From: Octopus bimaculoides
Taxonomy: Eukaryota
NCBI RefSeq assembly: GCF_001194135.2
Contig: NC_068981.1
Span: forward strand, 198,463,286-198,497,541
Direction: 5' to 3'
Length of the DNA stretch: 34,256 nt
How positions within the stretch are numbered: the first letter of the stretch is position 1; each line of letters starts with the position of its first letter. The translations under genes were made by a program, and so were the position numbers. The notes beneath the pieces are model-generated. The model was given only the letters and a program-made list of their open reading frames with translations. It was not told where the DNA came from and ran no database searches. Below, in pieces: positions 22,652 through 33,669 of this stretch.

Positions 22652-22877
22652 AAGGTGGTGAGCTGGCAGAATCATTAGCATGCTGGATGAAATGCATAAT
22701 GGTATTTCACCCATCACGACATTCTTAGTTCAAATTCCGGTGAGGTCAACTTTGCTTTTCAGCCTTTTCTGGGGTCGATAAATTAAGTACCAGCGAAACA
22801 CTGGAGTCAGTGTAATCGACTACTTCCCGTCCCTACAAATTTGAGACATTCTGCCTTTAATAGAAATGATTATTATT
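22652..22877 (+). mobile_element. tRNA-derived SINE (family A) with ATT tail
   Basis: AAGGTGGTGAGCTGGCAGAATCATTAGCA ... AGTTCAAATTCC ... GGGGTCGATAAATTAAGTACCAG matches the 6354 monomer. Confidence 0.88.
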
Positions 22878-22889
22878 GTTGTTGTTGTT

Positions 22890-23307
22890 ATGGGTAGTGG
22901 GTAGCGATTTTCTTCACTACTTCAGGGAGTGACGACCCTGCCTGACACGAGTCCTGGGCTCAGCTGGCTCCGGCTGACAGTACCTGGTATGGGCCCCTAC
23001 CCAGGGTTACAGAAAGGAGACAACCTTCAAAGAAATCCGGAGTGGAGCCCCGTAGGCGGTTTAGTGTTCGACTCGACACTCTTCCGGCAGCTCCTGCGAC
23101 CAAGCTGGTGCCAAACGTAATGCTCTGCACTCCTTCGGACAATGTCAGCAAGATCGAGAGAGGAATCCTGACGATTGGGCTAACCCAGGATTTTCTTACA
23201 TCCAGCCCAGGCCTGCGCAAAACTGGAGAGGACAGGAAATGTAAAAACCAGACTGGATCAGTTTATGCACAACTCCATTGTCTCCTGAGATAAAAGGATG
23301 CCAGCAG
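22890..23307 (+). mobile_element. GC-richer structured repeat, possibly the 5' region of an R4/Dong-type element
   Basis: Bounded by (GTT/ATT)n tracts and carries several hairpins. The family assignment is recollection-level only. Confidence 0.4.
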
Positions 23308-23323
23308 TTATTGTTATTATTAT

Positions 23324-23391
23324 CACTGAGGTCAATGTAATTGACTCTTCCCCCTCCCCAAAATGGCTGCCCTTACAGCAAAATTTGAAAC

Positions 23392-23428
<37 letters not shown>
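23324..23428 (+). repeat. Family-A SINE 3' remnant followed by (ATT)n tract (23393-23428)
   Basis: CACTGAGGTCAATGTAATTGACT matches the SINE A 3' part; 12 ATT units follow. Confidence 0.75.
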
Positions 23429-23760
23429 GTTCAGTAGTTTTATTTTTATAACGTGCTTTCACTTCACTACCGAGTGCAGCTCTGTGTGCCTTGGGTATGT
23501 GCTGTGGTTTGCTGTGGTGCTCTTATGGTTACTGTATTGAAAGTGTTTTGCGTAGGATGTGTGCAGTACCCAGTAGTGCAATTTTCTGTATGTTATATAT
23601 ATTTGTAAGTCCTGATGTTTTTGTTATGTATTTGTCTGAATATTTTTTTATTATACCTAAGACACCTACTATGATAGGAATTGTTTCTGATTCTAGATTC
23701 CACATTCAAGTTACCTCTATCTCCAGGGCTCTGTATTTTGAAAGTTTCTGTTTCTTTTAG
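23429..23760 (-). mobile_element. R4/Dong-type retrotransposon 3' end (RLE C-terminus plus UTR) ending at (TAA)n
   Basis: KLSKYRALEIEVT*MWNLESETIPIIVGVLGIIKK...IQKIALLGTAHILRKTLSIQ*. Confidence 0.85.
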
Positions 23761-23879
23761 AGATGAGATGTTACAGTATAACTGAAAACTTTAAGAGGGG
23801 GAGTGGCAGGGGCAGTTATGAAATATCTTTATGTAATACAACACAGACATTTAAATTGATTGGGTTTTTCTAAGGATTT

Positions 23880-23988
23880 CTCTGAGACGTGGTTCTCCTG
23901 GGATATTATCTAGATGTTTCTGACATCCCTTTTTTTTTTTATCATACCTAGGGCACCTACAATAACAGGAACAGTTTTGGTTTTAAGA
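23880..23988 (-). mobile_element. Second R4/Dong-type RLE fragment
   Basis: HLKTKTVPVIVGALGMIKK. Confidence 0.7.
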
Positions 23989-24732
23989 TGGCACTACCAG
24001 TTCAAGATAAACTCTTCAGGTCAGACAGGCTTGTCTGAGGTGCATGCAGAGAGGCAAAACCATTCTGCATGCTCTCGTTTAGTGTCCAGGCATTGCTGAC
24101 TTATGGAGTTATGTTGAACAGCTGCTGTCACGTGTGGGATGGATCCGTCTGTTGTCTGAGTCTGTAGTGATGATTGCACTGCCATCCCATTTCAATCAGG
24201 CAAGTAAGGCAATTTTCCTTTGCCTGGTGGCTATGGCAAAAGTGGTTGTTTAATGGGCAAGGTTGAAAGGCCTGAGGACAGATACATTCCTCTTTGGTAG
24301 AACTCTCATTGACTTCCTCAAGTTTCACTTGAAAAGGAAATTGAGGGTGGAGAGGGAAGTGCTGTCCTCGAGTGTGTTTATTGAAAGGTGGCTGAAAGTT
24401 CCAAAAATGGCAAGAGTGGATGGTGTAGACCTGTGAGGTGGAGAGGGCACTTGCTCCCAGGGTTTCATGGAAATCTCGGACAGTGGGGTTCCTCGATTAT
24501 CCCTAGAGGCCTTCCTGTATCATCCTTCCTGCCACTTTTTTTCTAAACCCTTGTATGCTATGCATTTGTCCCTTCTTTTCCAGTGTAGACCATGTATACT
24601 TAATAATCTTTCTTTCTTTCCTTTTTTATCATTTCATTCTATGTAAACCCCAGCACTTTATGTCTGTCTTTGTATTACTCCCCTCATCCTTCACACTTGT
24701 GGCAAATAAATGAAAGAATTATTATTATTATT
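23989..24732 (+). mobile_element. Tx1/L1-like non-LTR 3' end (copy 2) with zinc knuckle
   Basis: ALPVQDKLF...CLRCMQRGKTILHALV*CP (CX2CX8HX4C)...ARLKGL...FLKFHLKRKLRVEREVL...ERW. AATAAA at 24705-24710, then (ATT)n. Confidence 0.72.
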
Positions 24733-25438
24733 AAGACCAAAGTTGTTAGTAAGAAGGAAGATAAAACTCTCTTTGTTTCAGGTAAATGGCCCTGCTCCAT
24801 ATGTAAGGCCAAAGGAGTTGGAAGAAATTCCATGTGCTGCATCCAGTGTAAACTATGGGCAGTGGAATCACAGGTAGATTAAGAGATAAAGTTGTCTTTG
24901 TATGTGGCAGATGTGCAGGAACAATAAGCAATAAGAGCACACAGGAACTAGATTCTCTCAAATGCCCAGGAGGTTCTCCTGAGGTTGTAGATAGTTTCTG
25001 TTACCTAGGTGACCGAATTAGTAATGGTGGAGGATGCTCTGAAAATATTGCTTCTAGAATAAGAATTGGGTGGAGGAAGTTCAGAGAGCCATTACCTCTG
25101 TTGCCAACAAAAGGCCTCTCTCTCTCTCAGAGTGAAAGGTAGACTCTATGATGCTTGTGTTTGAACGGCTATATGTCATGGCAGTGAGATGGACTCTGTA
25201 TGCATAAGAAATGTGTTGACTGGAAAGAAATTATACTCCGTTGGATGGGCAACATCAGTGTGCATATGCAACAAAGTGCAAATGTATTGAGAGAAAAGTT
25301 GGGCCTAAGAGTCAAATGTAGCTTGCAAGAGAGAAGACTGCATTGGTTTGGACATGTGATGTGTATGAATGAGGACAGCTGCATAAAGAAGTGCCAATCA
25401 CTGAAAGTGGACGGTGTCCATGGAAGAGGGAGACCCTA
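24733..25438 (+). mobile_element. RTE LINE RT C-terminal fragment
   Basis: SGKWPCSICK.KGVGRNS, VDSFCYLGDRISNGGGC...RIRIGWRKFREPLPLL, QERRLHWFGHV, GRGRP. Confidence 0.9.
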
Positions 25439-25439
25439 G

Positions 25440-26900
25440 TTCTTCTGTCTAGCTTTGCTATTTCACTTTTTGTCACAAAAGCTGCTAAGTAAAGATACTG
25501 GCCAAGTATTTACAACTTTCACTAGATTCAGACCATTTAGCTTTGACTTCATTGGGTTCCTCACCCTTCTCAGTTTTTGTTTTCATTTCTGTTGTTAGTT
25601 CCCTGTCAGATCCTAATACTCCGAGATAGCTATAACTCTCTCTTTCTTTTAATGATTTTTTTATGTCTGGCCATTTAGTAATTGGATGCCTTCTGGTCCT
25701 GGTCCCTTCCAATTTAGCATTCTTCCTAACACTTTACTCATTAATGCACTAGATAATCTTAGATCTGGCTACTTCTTCCTTTGTTTTCTTTAACTACCCT
25801 GCATCTCCTTTTGATTGTCTGGCTTATACCAAATATTAGTCCAGAACATTCTAGCTTCTTCTGCATTAGGGTCCTCATCTTCAGTACTTTCTTCTCCTCT
25901 ATTTATTTGGTTGTAAGATCTCTTCTGGTCTGTCTCGAGTCATTTATTCTGTTGATACTGATCTGTTGTTTTCTGATATCTGGAGAGCTTGCCTGCTATT
26001 TCTGTTACACACTGTTTCAACTCTTCTATTACTGTCCCAAATCCTTTCTCTCTGACTAAGTATCTTTTCTCAAGAGATTTGAATCTTGTGTTTCCTATCT
26101 TGTTCAGTTTCCAGGGTTTCTATTCTACTCAGATCTTGTCTTAAAGTCTTCTCCTTATTTTGTAATTTCCTTTTTCACACTTGCCTTTTTCTAATCTTTT
26201 CTAGTGAGATATCTAATCTTCTAGTAACTACTTCCCCTCCTGCAGAGATCAATAAGTTAGTGCCTTCTGTATTTTTAGTATCCATCCTGCTGATAACAGA
26301 ATCTACTTTCCTAGTCGTATCTAGCAACATCCTTCTATCGGTACCTTTTAATCCTGGCAATCTTTTTCTTACTTCTTCTCTCATTACTTCCTGTAACTCA
26401 TCTAAAATCTTCTGATCTTCCTCACTTAAATCACTTAAGTCACTGGTGCCAGTTGTCCCTTTCTTATTGTTATTTTTTCCTTTAGCTTCTTCTTTGGTTT
26501 GAGATGTATCTCTTATCTTTTATGCTCTTGTTTGTCTTTCCTACTGCCTGGTCTTTCTTTTCCAGTTCTCTTGTGATCTCTTCCACCTCCAATTCCACTT
26601 TCTTTTCCTATTATCATTAGCTTGATCAACTAACTTCTGCTCAGTCACTTTAAACATGCCCTTCTCTATCCAAAGTATTAACATCCATTTTCTATAGCCC
26701 CTTCTTTTAGGTGCACTTTCTAAGTAGCACTACATCACTACCCTGTTTTCTTTGCTGATGCTGTCTTAGGATAAGAGCTGTGGTTAATCTGCATCTTTAC
26801 TAAACCACTACCAAGCAAGAGGCCTTCCCCTGAAGGTCCAACCTCATTTTTACTGTTACAACCAGAGTTTCTACACAAACTCCTGTCTCTTATAAACTGG
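25440..26900 (-). mobile_element. Internally deleted R4/Dong-type retrotransposon (N-terminal region plus RT 3' part)
   Basis: ENRVVM*CYLES.PKRRGYRKW..LWIEKGMFKVTEQKLVDQA, RKRLPGL...TNLLISAGGEVV and ESYSYLGVL...EMKTK resemble the R4/Dong ORF. Heavily decayed. Confidence 0.65.
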
Positions 26901-27339
26901 GGTAATGCATTGCTCATCAACATCATCATCATCATTACTAGTACCATTTGACATCTGATAGTTTCAAGTAAGTTTTTATCGCATCACTTGTAACATTTTT
27001 TGTGCTGCAGAGGTGTGTGCAGCATTGTGTTGTTGTTTTTTTTTGTCAATGAGGGGGGGGGGGTATTGCCTCAGTATGTTTTGTTATGGGGTTTGGACTA
27101 AGTCTTTTCTTGTATTAGTGTTTGTATTGTGTGTTGTGTGTGTAGTGTAGTTGTGTTCTTCTGATGGTTACTGGGCCTCTTTTGTACATGTTGGGCTTTG
27201 TTCATTTTATTGCACATTTCTTGTATGAGTTCATTCCTGTGTGCTTTCGGGGAGTGTTGCATTCGGGAATATGACTTATATCGTTTCAATGGAGTCATCG
27301 TCATCTGTCCATCATTCTCTTCTGGTTTTGTTAATCATT

Positions 27340-27641
27340 TGGGCCGTGACTTCTGCACTGTCTGCAAAGAAGTGTGTGATCTTGCATTTTCATAATGAAA
27401 GAGAATGCCCTTACTATTATTAGCAAGTGCTGGATGTTTCTGAGGGATCACCACCTTTAATTTGTCCATCTTGTCACAGTACACACCCAAACTGATGGTC
27501 CTGTCCATGGGAAGAAACTTCCTTCCAATCCCACCAAATTGTAAGTATAACCTTCTTCGAGTGAACCCCTGCTTTGGAGGTTGGTTCTGGCAATTCTTCA
27601 CACTTCTCCCATGATTGTTTGTGCTTCACATTGTTATAGAT
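27340..27641 (-). mobile_element. Mariner transposase remnant, C-terminal side
   Basis: YNNVKHKQSW...PTSKAGVHSKKVILTIWWDWK and TISLGVYCDKMDKL...KHPALAN.SKGILFHYENARSHTSL (HxDNARPH motif degenerate). Confidence 0.88.
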
Positions 27642-28805
27642 CACAGGTGTCAAACTGCAGGACCGTGGGCCACATCTGGCCCGACACATAATTCTATCCA
27701 ATCTGCGAGAGAATTTTAGGCATTTTGTAATGGCTCCGGCAATATGAAATGCAAACCACAATTTCCCCAATTTAGCAGCCTTGTTCAACGAAAGGCTGCC
27801 TGAGAGCCTTCTTGCATCTATCAGAACAAGTTAAATGACAGTTGTGTAGTGCATGAATGTTTGTTATCACAGTAACCTAGCAACAGGATGTTGCTAGTTT
27901 TGGATTGGTGCATAAGAGATGAAAGTAGTGTTGTGCCCAGATATTGCATCACTCCTCCCCGCTTATGCCATATCAAGCGCCTGTCTGTAGATGCACGGTC
28001 TTAATTTTAAATCAAAGCCAAGAGAAAAGTTGATTCTGAAAACAGGGCCTTCCAAAGCACTGGGAGGCTCAATATATATTTACCAATATTGGCTGTAAAC
28101 CTGTGTGTCTGATATGTGGAGATAATGTGGCTGTGATCAAGGAATATAATCTAAGACAGCACTACAAGACTAATCATTGAGACAAATTGCAAACTTTGAA
28201 TGCAGAACAGAAGCTATAGAAGGTAGAAGGAAAGTAATTTTGAGCTGTTTTACAACCCATTTGCCATCGACATGGAAACTGCACCTGTTCATTTTCAGAT
28301 GGAGCCCATAGAGCTGTAGTGTAATGGGGTGCAAAAGGCATAGTATGACAGTGAGGGGCCTGCACAGTTCACTCGTTTCATTCCTAAAGAGACGCCCCAG
28401 CTTCGTCTACATGCGGCTCAAATCTTTAGCATGTTTGGTAGCAGACATCTGTGTGAACAGCTGTTCTCTGTGATGAAGATTAACAAAACATCACACAGGA
28501 GTTGTCTCCCTGATGAACAGCTTCTGTCCATCCTGAGAATCTCCGCAGCATAGAACCTTATTCCATAATATAAACAAACTTGTTGCCAAAAAATGATGTC
28601 AAACATCCAGCCCTAACAAACTGGAATAAGAGCAAAAATTGGTATCCTTTCATTTAATATTATTTTAACTTTTGTCTGTTTTAACTCAATGTTTAAAAAA
28701 GGTTTAGTTTCCCACTGTTTTATGAATGTTTATCCAGTTTGGCCCACAACCTTAAATGTGGTTTTAGAGTTTTGATCCCCTACGTGATTGACTTTGACAC
28801 CCCTA
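27642..28805 (+). mobile_element. Internally deleted hAT transposon, SPIN/GTF2IRD2-like (Buster/Charlie group)
   Basis: TIRs CACAGGTGTCAAAC / ACTTTGACACCCCTA; TSD TTATAGAT (27634-27641) / TTATAGAC (28806-28813); transposase remnants inside. Confidence 0.92.
28015..28610 (+). pseudogene. hAT transposase pseudogene: N-terminal zinc finger fused to C-terminal dimerisation region
   Basis: KRKVDSENRAFQ..WEAQYIF...KPVCLICGDNVAVIKEYNLRQHYKTNH, joined near 28230 to FELFYNPFAID.ETAP..FQME.IEL*C...FSMFGSRHLCEQLFSVMKINKTSHRSCL.DEQLLSILRIS. Stops and frameshifts present. Confidence 0.9.
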
Positions 28806-28880
28806 TTATAGACCATCCATTTTTTTTTGGGGTCTCCTGTCATAATTTCTAATTTCTCATTTGATAAGAGGGATAGAATG
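28806..28880 (-). mobile_element. Mariner transposase remnant, N-terminal side
   Basis: LEIMTGDPKKKWMVYN corresponds to the TGDEKWxxYxN motif and continues in 27641-27340 once the hAT is removed. Confidence 0.8.
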
Positions 28881-28898
28881 GAATGGAAATCCTTTTTT

Positions 28899-29192
28899 TC
28901 CCCTTCTGGAGCATAGGGCCAGTTTCCCGGTTTCCATGGCATATGTGTTCCTGCCTAGCTGGACGGGACGCCAGTCCATCGCAGCTTTTTATTCAAGAAA
29001 CAGGAAGAAAGAGTGAGAGAAAGTTGGGGCGAAAGAGTACAACAGGGGTCACCACCACCCTCTGCTAGAGCCTCGTGGAGCTTTTAGGTGTTTTCTCTCA
29101 ATAAACACACACAACGCTCAGTCTGGCAATCGAAACACCGATCCTCCGACCGTGAGTCCGCTGCCCTAACCACTGAGCCATTGCGCCTCCAC
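28899..29192 (-). mobile_element. tRNA-derived SINE (family C) with V-domain-like core
   Basis: Head GTGGAGGCGCAATGGCTCAGTGGTTAGGGCAGCGG has A-box TGGCTCAGTGG and a degenerate B-box. CTGCGATGGACTGGCGTCCCGTCCAG lies at 28984-28959. Confidence 0.85.
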
Positions 29193-29505
29193 GATAAGGG
29201 GGATATAACATGATATTTTGATTAATGTTTTAATTACTGATTTGAACATCATATGGTTGTATCCTTAACAACATTCTTTGCAGTCTTGGAGGTGCTTGTA
29301 CAGTGTTTTTGCTTTCTCTATTTTCCAATTCCTTGTGGTCTGATTCGGTTTGGAACTTTTTCTCATTCACATATGGATGAAATTTTTCCCAACCAAACTA
29401 TTTCCTTCCATCTGCCAACTGGAATTCAGTTGGTGAAATTTTTATATTGTACAACAGAAAAATAATCTATTTTCATAAGTTTTAAGATAGTTGTGTTACA
29501 AAATA

Positions 29506-29890
29506 TCATCACCATCATCATCCTTTAACATCCATTGTCCATGCTGGCATGGGTTGGACGGTTTGACCAGGGCTGGTAAGTTTGAAGGCCTTCACCAGCC
29601 CCCAGTCTGATTTGGCATGTTTTCTACAGCTGGATGCCCTTCCTAACACCAACCACTCCGAGAGTGTAATGGGTGCTTTTACATGCCACTAGCATGGGTG
29701 CCATTTGTGTGACACTGGTATCTGCCATGACTGTGATTTTGCTCAGTGTGATGGGTCTTCTGAAGCATGACATAATGCCAAAGGTCTTGGTCATTGCCTC
29801 CCTCAGACCCAACGCTCAAAAGGAACTCAGCCACCCTGCCTCCATGAGGCCCAACGCTCAAAAGGAACTCAGTCACTTTGCCTCTATAAA
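29506..29890 (-). mobile_element. RTE 3' UTR/tail with 42-bp tandem duplication
   Basis: (ATC)n-like tail at 29506-29523 and tail module. Repeat units start at 29796, 29838 and partially at 29880. Confidence 0.8.
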
Positions 29891-29996
29891 AAAACANNNN
29901 NNNNNNNNNNNNNNNNNNNNNNNNNNNNNNNNNNNNNNNNNNNNNNNNNNNNNNNNNNNNNNNNNNNNNNNNNNNNNNNNNNNNNNNNNNNNNNNN

Positions 29997-31020
29997 TTAG
30001 GACTTTGGTTTTAGCTAGGTTGATTCTAAGGCCCTTTGATTCTAGTTCTTGCTTCCAGACCTGAAACTTCTCTTCTAGTTCTGATAGTGACTCAGCAATT
30101 AGTGCAAGGTCCTCAGAATAGAGGAGCTCCCAGGGGCATCCTGCCTTGAATTCCTGTTATAGCCTAGAGGACTATGATAAATAGGAGGGGGCTGAGGACA
30201 GAACCTTGGTGGACCCCTACCTCTATCCGGAGTTCTTCACTGTACTCATTGCCAACCCTCACCTTACTAACAGCGTCTCTGTACATGGCTCACACAGCTC
30301 TCACTAACCATTTCTTCTATCCCGAGTTTCCTCATTGACCACCAGATGAGGGATCGGGGGACCCTGTCAAAGGCTTTCTCCATGTCAACGAAAGCCAGGT
30401 ACAGAGGTTTATCCTTAGCTAGGTATTTCTCCTGCAGCTGTCTCACTAGAAATAAGGCATCAGTAGTGCTTTTACCTGGCACGAACCCAAACTGCATCTC
30501 ATCTAAATTGATTCGCTCCCTAATTAGTTGGGCTATGACCCTCTCTGTAACTTTCATAACCTGATCTAACAGCTTGATGCCTCTGTAATTATTTGTATCT
30601 AAAGCGTCACCTTTACTTTTGTAGCAGTTGACTATGATGCTGCTACACCAGTCATTGGGTATGACTCCTTCGTGTATCACCTGGTTAACAATGCGGGTGA
30701 CTAGGCTATAGCTGACACCATCTCTGCGGTGATTCCTGATGGGCCAAGGGCTTTCCCTATCTTCATACTCTTAATTGCTTTATCTACCATGGTACTATCA
30801 ACTCGGATAGCTGGTCCCTCTGTTGGGTCTACATTCGGCAGACTCTCTTTCTCCCATTCATTCTCTTTATTGAGCAATCTTTCGTAGTGGCGTCTCCAAG
30901 TCTCTCTCTTTGCAGCCATGTTTAGTGCAAGCGTACCACCATCCATGCAAATACATTTCTCTCCTATGACATCACGATTCGCTCTCACACACTGTCTTGC
31001 AACACGGAATACCTCAACTC
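29997..31020 (-). mobile_element. RTE LINE RT domain, catalytically dead
   Basis: NNYRGIKLL, QFGFVPGKSTTDALF, LAFVDMEKAFDRVP, VGVHQGSVLSPLL, GCPWELLYSEDL (YADD mutated to YSED). Same family as 85-1212. Confidence 0.93.
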
Positions 31021-31044
31021 TTTGGTCCTCATGGCGCAGAACAT

Positions 31045-32088
31045 TGGCAAAGATTATACTTACTTAGAAAGGAAGGTGGCAGATAGCTAATATGAGCAGA
31101 AGACTGTGTGGAGTTAGCTAGGGTAGATATAGTCTCTTATGTAGGTCATAGTGAAGCGAGTTTATTAAGGGCTGCTAGAATCACAGCAGAACATAGGGAA
31201 ACCAAAAAGTCAAATGAAGTCAAAAACCAGAAAAAAGAAGAAAGATTATTCGACAGGCAAGAGAAGGCTTTGCATGGTAGACTCCCAAGGATAATTGCAA
31301 GAAATAATAATAGTGAGACATAATTATGGTTGAAGAAATGAAGGCTGAAAAGTGAGACAGAAATTTTGTTATAAGCAGCACAAGATCAAGTATTAAGGAC
31401 TAATTGGATAAAAGCAAAGATAGACAGAACTATTTAAATTCTCAATGGAGGTTATGCAAATCAAAAGAGGTCTAAGTGTTATTCATATAGTAAAGTGAAT
31501 GTTGCATGCTGGCACAGAAAAATACAAGAAAAGACATGACAATCTAGGGAGAGTAATCCACTGGGAGTTATATAGAAAGCTAGGACGTGACCATACTGAT
31601 AAATGGTATGAACATGAACCTAGTAAAGTACTAGAAAGGAAGAAATATAAGATGTTTTGGGGACCTTAACATTCAGACTGACAAAGTAATGGAAGCTAGA
31701 AGGCTTGGTTTAGTTGTGGTAGATAAAGAGAATGGAAAGTGTCAGATAATTGACTTTACAGTCACAAATGATGGAAAAATCAATATGAGAGGTATAGGAA
31801 AAATAGCAAAGTACCAGGACCTAGCCATTGAATTACAGAGAGTATGGAAAGTGGGGATAAAATGTATCCTAGTAGTCACAGGGGCATTAAAAACTATCCC
31901 TAAAGATTTGAACAGATGGACAGAGGAAATAGGCATAAAACCCAGTTTAGTACCACTGCAGAAAACAGTGTTATTAGGGACAGCTAGGGTACTTAGTGGG
32001 GTTCTTGGCATCTAAGGTTACTTGTTGTAGCCCAATGCTAGGAATTTTTCTTTTCAACAGTCTAATCTGTTGTATGTATATGAATAAT
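31045..32088 (+). mobile_element. 5'-truncated R4/Dong-type retrotransposon (thumb, zinc-knuckle region, RLE, 3' UTR)
   Basis: RLYLLRKEGGR..., LHGR, AAQDQVLRTN, RHDNLGRVIHWEL, KWYEHEP, IQTDKV.EARR..LVVVDK...IIDF...KIAKYQDLAIELQRVW...VVTGAL...LQKTVLLGTARVL. Confidence 0.9.
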
Positions 32089-32527
32089 CATCATCGTTTA
32101 ACGTCCACTTTCCATGCTAGCATGGGTTGGACGATTCAACTGAGGACTGGCAAACCAGATGGCTGTACCAGGCTCCAATCTGGTCTGACAGAGTTTCTAC
32201 AGCTGGATGCCCTTCCTAATGCCAACCACTCTGAGAGTATAGTGGGTACTTTTATGTGCCACTGGCATGAGGGCCAGTGTGGCAGTACTGGCAACGGCCA
32301 CGCTCAAATGGTGTTTCTATGTGCCACCTGCACAGGAGTCAGTCCAGTGGTGCTGGTAACAACCTCGCTCGAATGTTTCATTCACATGCCACTGGCACAA
32401 GTGCCAGTAAGGTGATGCTGGTAACGATCACGCTCAAATGGTCTTTTTTACGTGCCACCGGCATGGAAACCAGACCGCTGCTCTGGCAGTGATCCTGCTT
32501 GGATGGTGCTGTTAGCGCTCCACTGGC
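32089..32527 (-). mobile_element. RTE 3' UTR/tail (modular)
   Basis: CATCATCGTTTAACGTCCACTTTCCATGCTAGCATGGGTTGGACG followed by GTGCCAC.GGCAC modules, as in 11181-11640. Confidence 0.85.
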
Positions 32528-33613
32528 ACAATAATATAAAGATTTCCTCATTGAAATTGGAAAATGTGTTATATCTTTTATGTGGTTGATAACATAACAG
32601 GTCGTTGAAGTGTGAGAATACTATATCTTTATTTACAATGTTTTCAATCGTAAGTTATAACAAATATTATTGTTTCTTAATTAAAAGCTATAATGATAAT
32701 CTCGTTACTTATAACTTAATTATAAGTATTTATCACTAAGCACGTACATGTATGTTGAAGATATAGATTATATTTTTTTGACATAAAAAAATACAGTTTC
32801 ATTAATATACAGAAATAAATTCAACAAGTTGAAAGAAACGAGAAGTAAAAGGAATTAAATTTCTATATTAATTCATTATATACATTTTTTTGGTATTTAT
32901 AGAACATTTACAAACAAGTCATTTCGTTGTAGAGAATTACGACTTAAATTTTATATTAACTAATTTTTCATTCTAGCTATAAGAGTTCACAACAATTCAA
33001 TATTATCGGATTTGAGTATTGAACATGGCATATATATTAGCCGATACTCAAAAGGGTGAGTGTCGTGGATTTGAGTGTCAACCCAACGATCACTGGAGAG
33101 TTTGCCGAAAATCAGGATTTTTATAACTACTCATACACGAATCATAGAACCGTAACCCCGTGAAAGATTTCTTCAACGAAGTTCATAATTCGTATATGGC
33201 AGTAATTTTCAACCAATGAGAAATCAATAATTTCTCATGTTCGAGCAAACGAACTTACGTTCTCTCTCCGCCACTAATGAGTTTGCTACACATCAATGTG
33301 GTTACGATGCCAGTGATTGTAAGAACATTTGGAATGATCAAAAAAGGAACTGAAAATTATACGAGAATGACCCCAGCAAGAAATACAAAAGGTTGTTTTA
33401 ACTGATACGTTACATGTTGAGTAGAAAATTGTTGATGTGAGAATGATAACCATCCATGTAAATTTTGTTTTCTACATAACTTCCTTTGATTTTGTAAATG
33501 AACAATCTGATGTGTTTATTTTAATTGCCTATCAATGTACAACTTGAGTTTTTTTACCCTAGGTGTCAGGAAGACGCTCAGCAAGAAATGGAAACAAAAT
33601 TGAAAGAAAAACA

Positions 33614-33669
<56 letters not shown>
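33614..33669. repeat. (AAT)n microsatellite
   Basis: Direct reading. Confidence 0.97.

Noticed and set aside
29120-29192. tRNA genes (also the heads at 6354, 13342, 18807 and 22652)
   Set aside because: A/B boxes are followed by SINE bodies seen in multiple copies; no complete cloverleaf.
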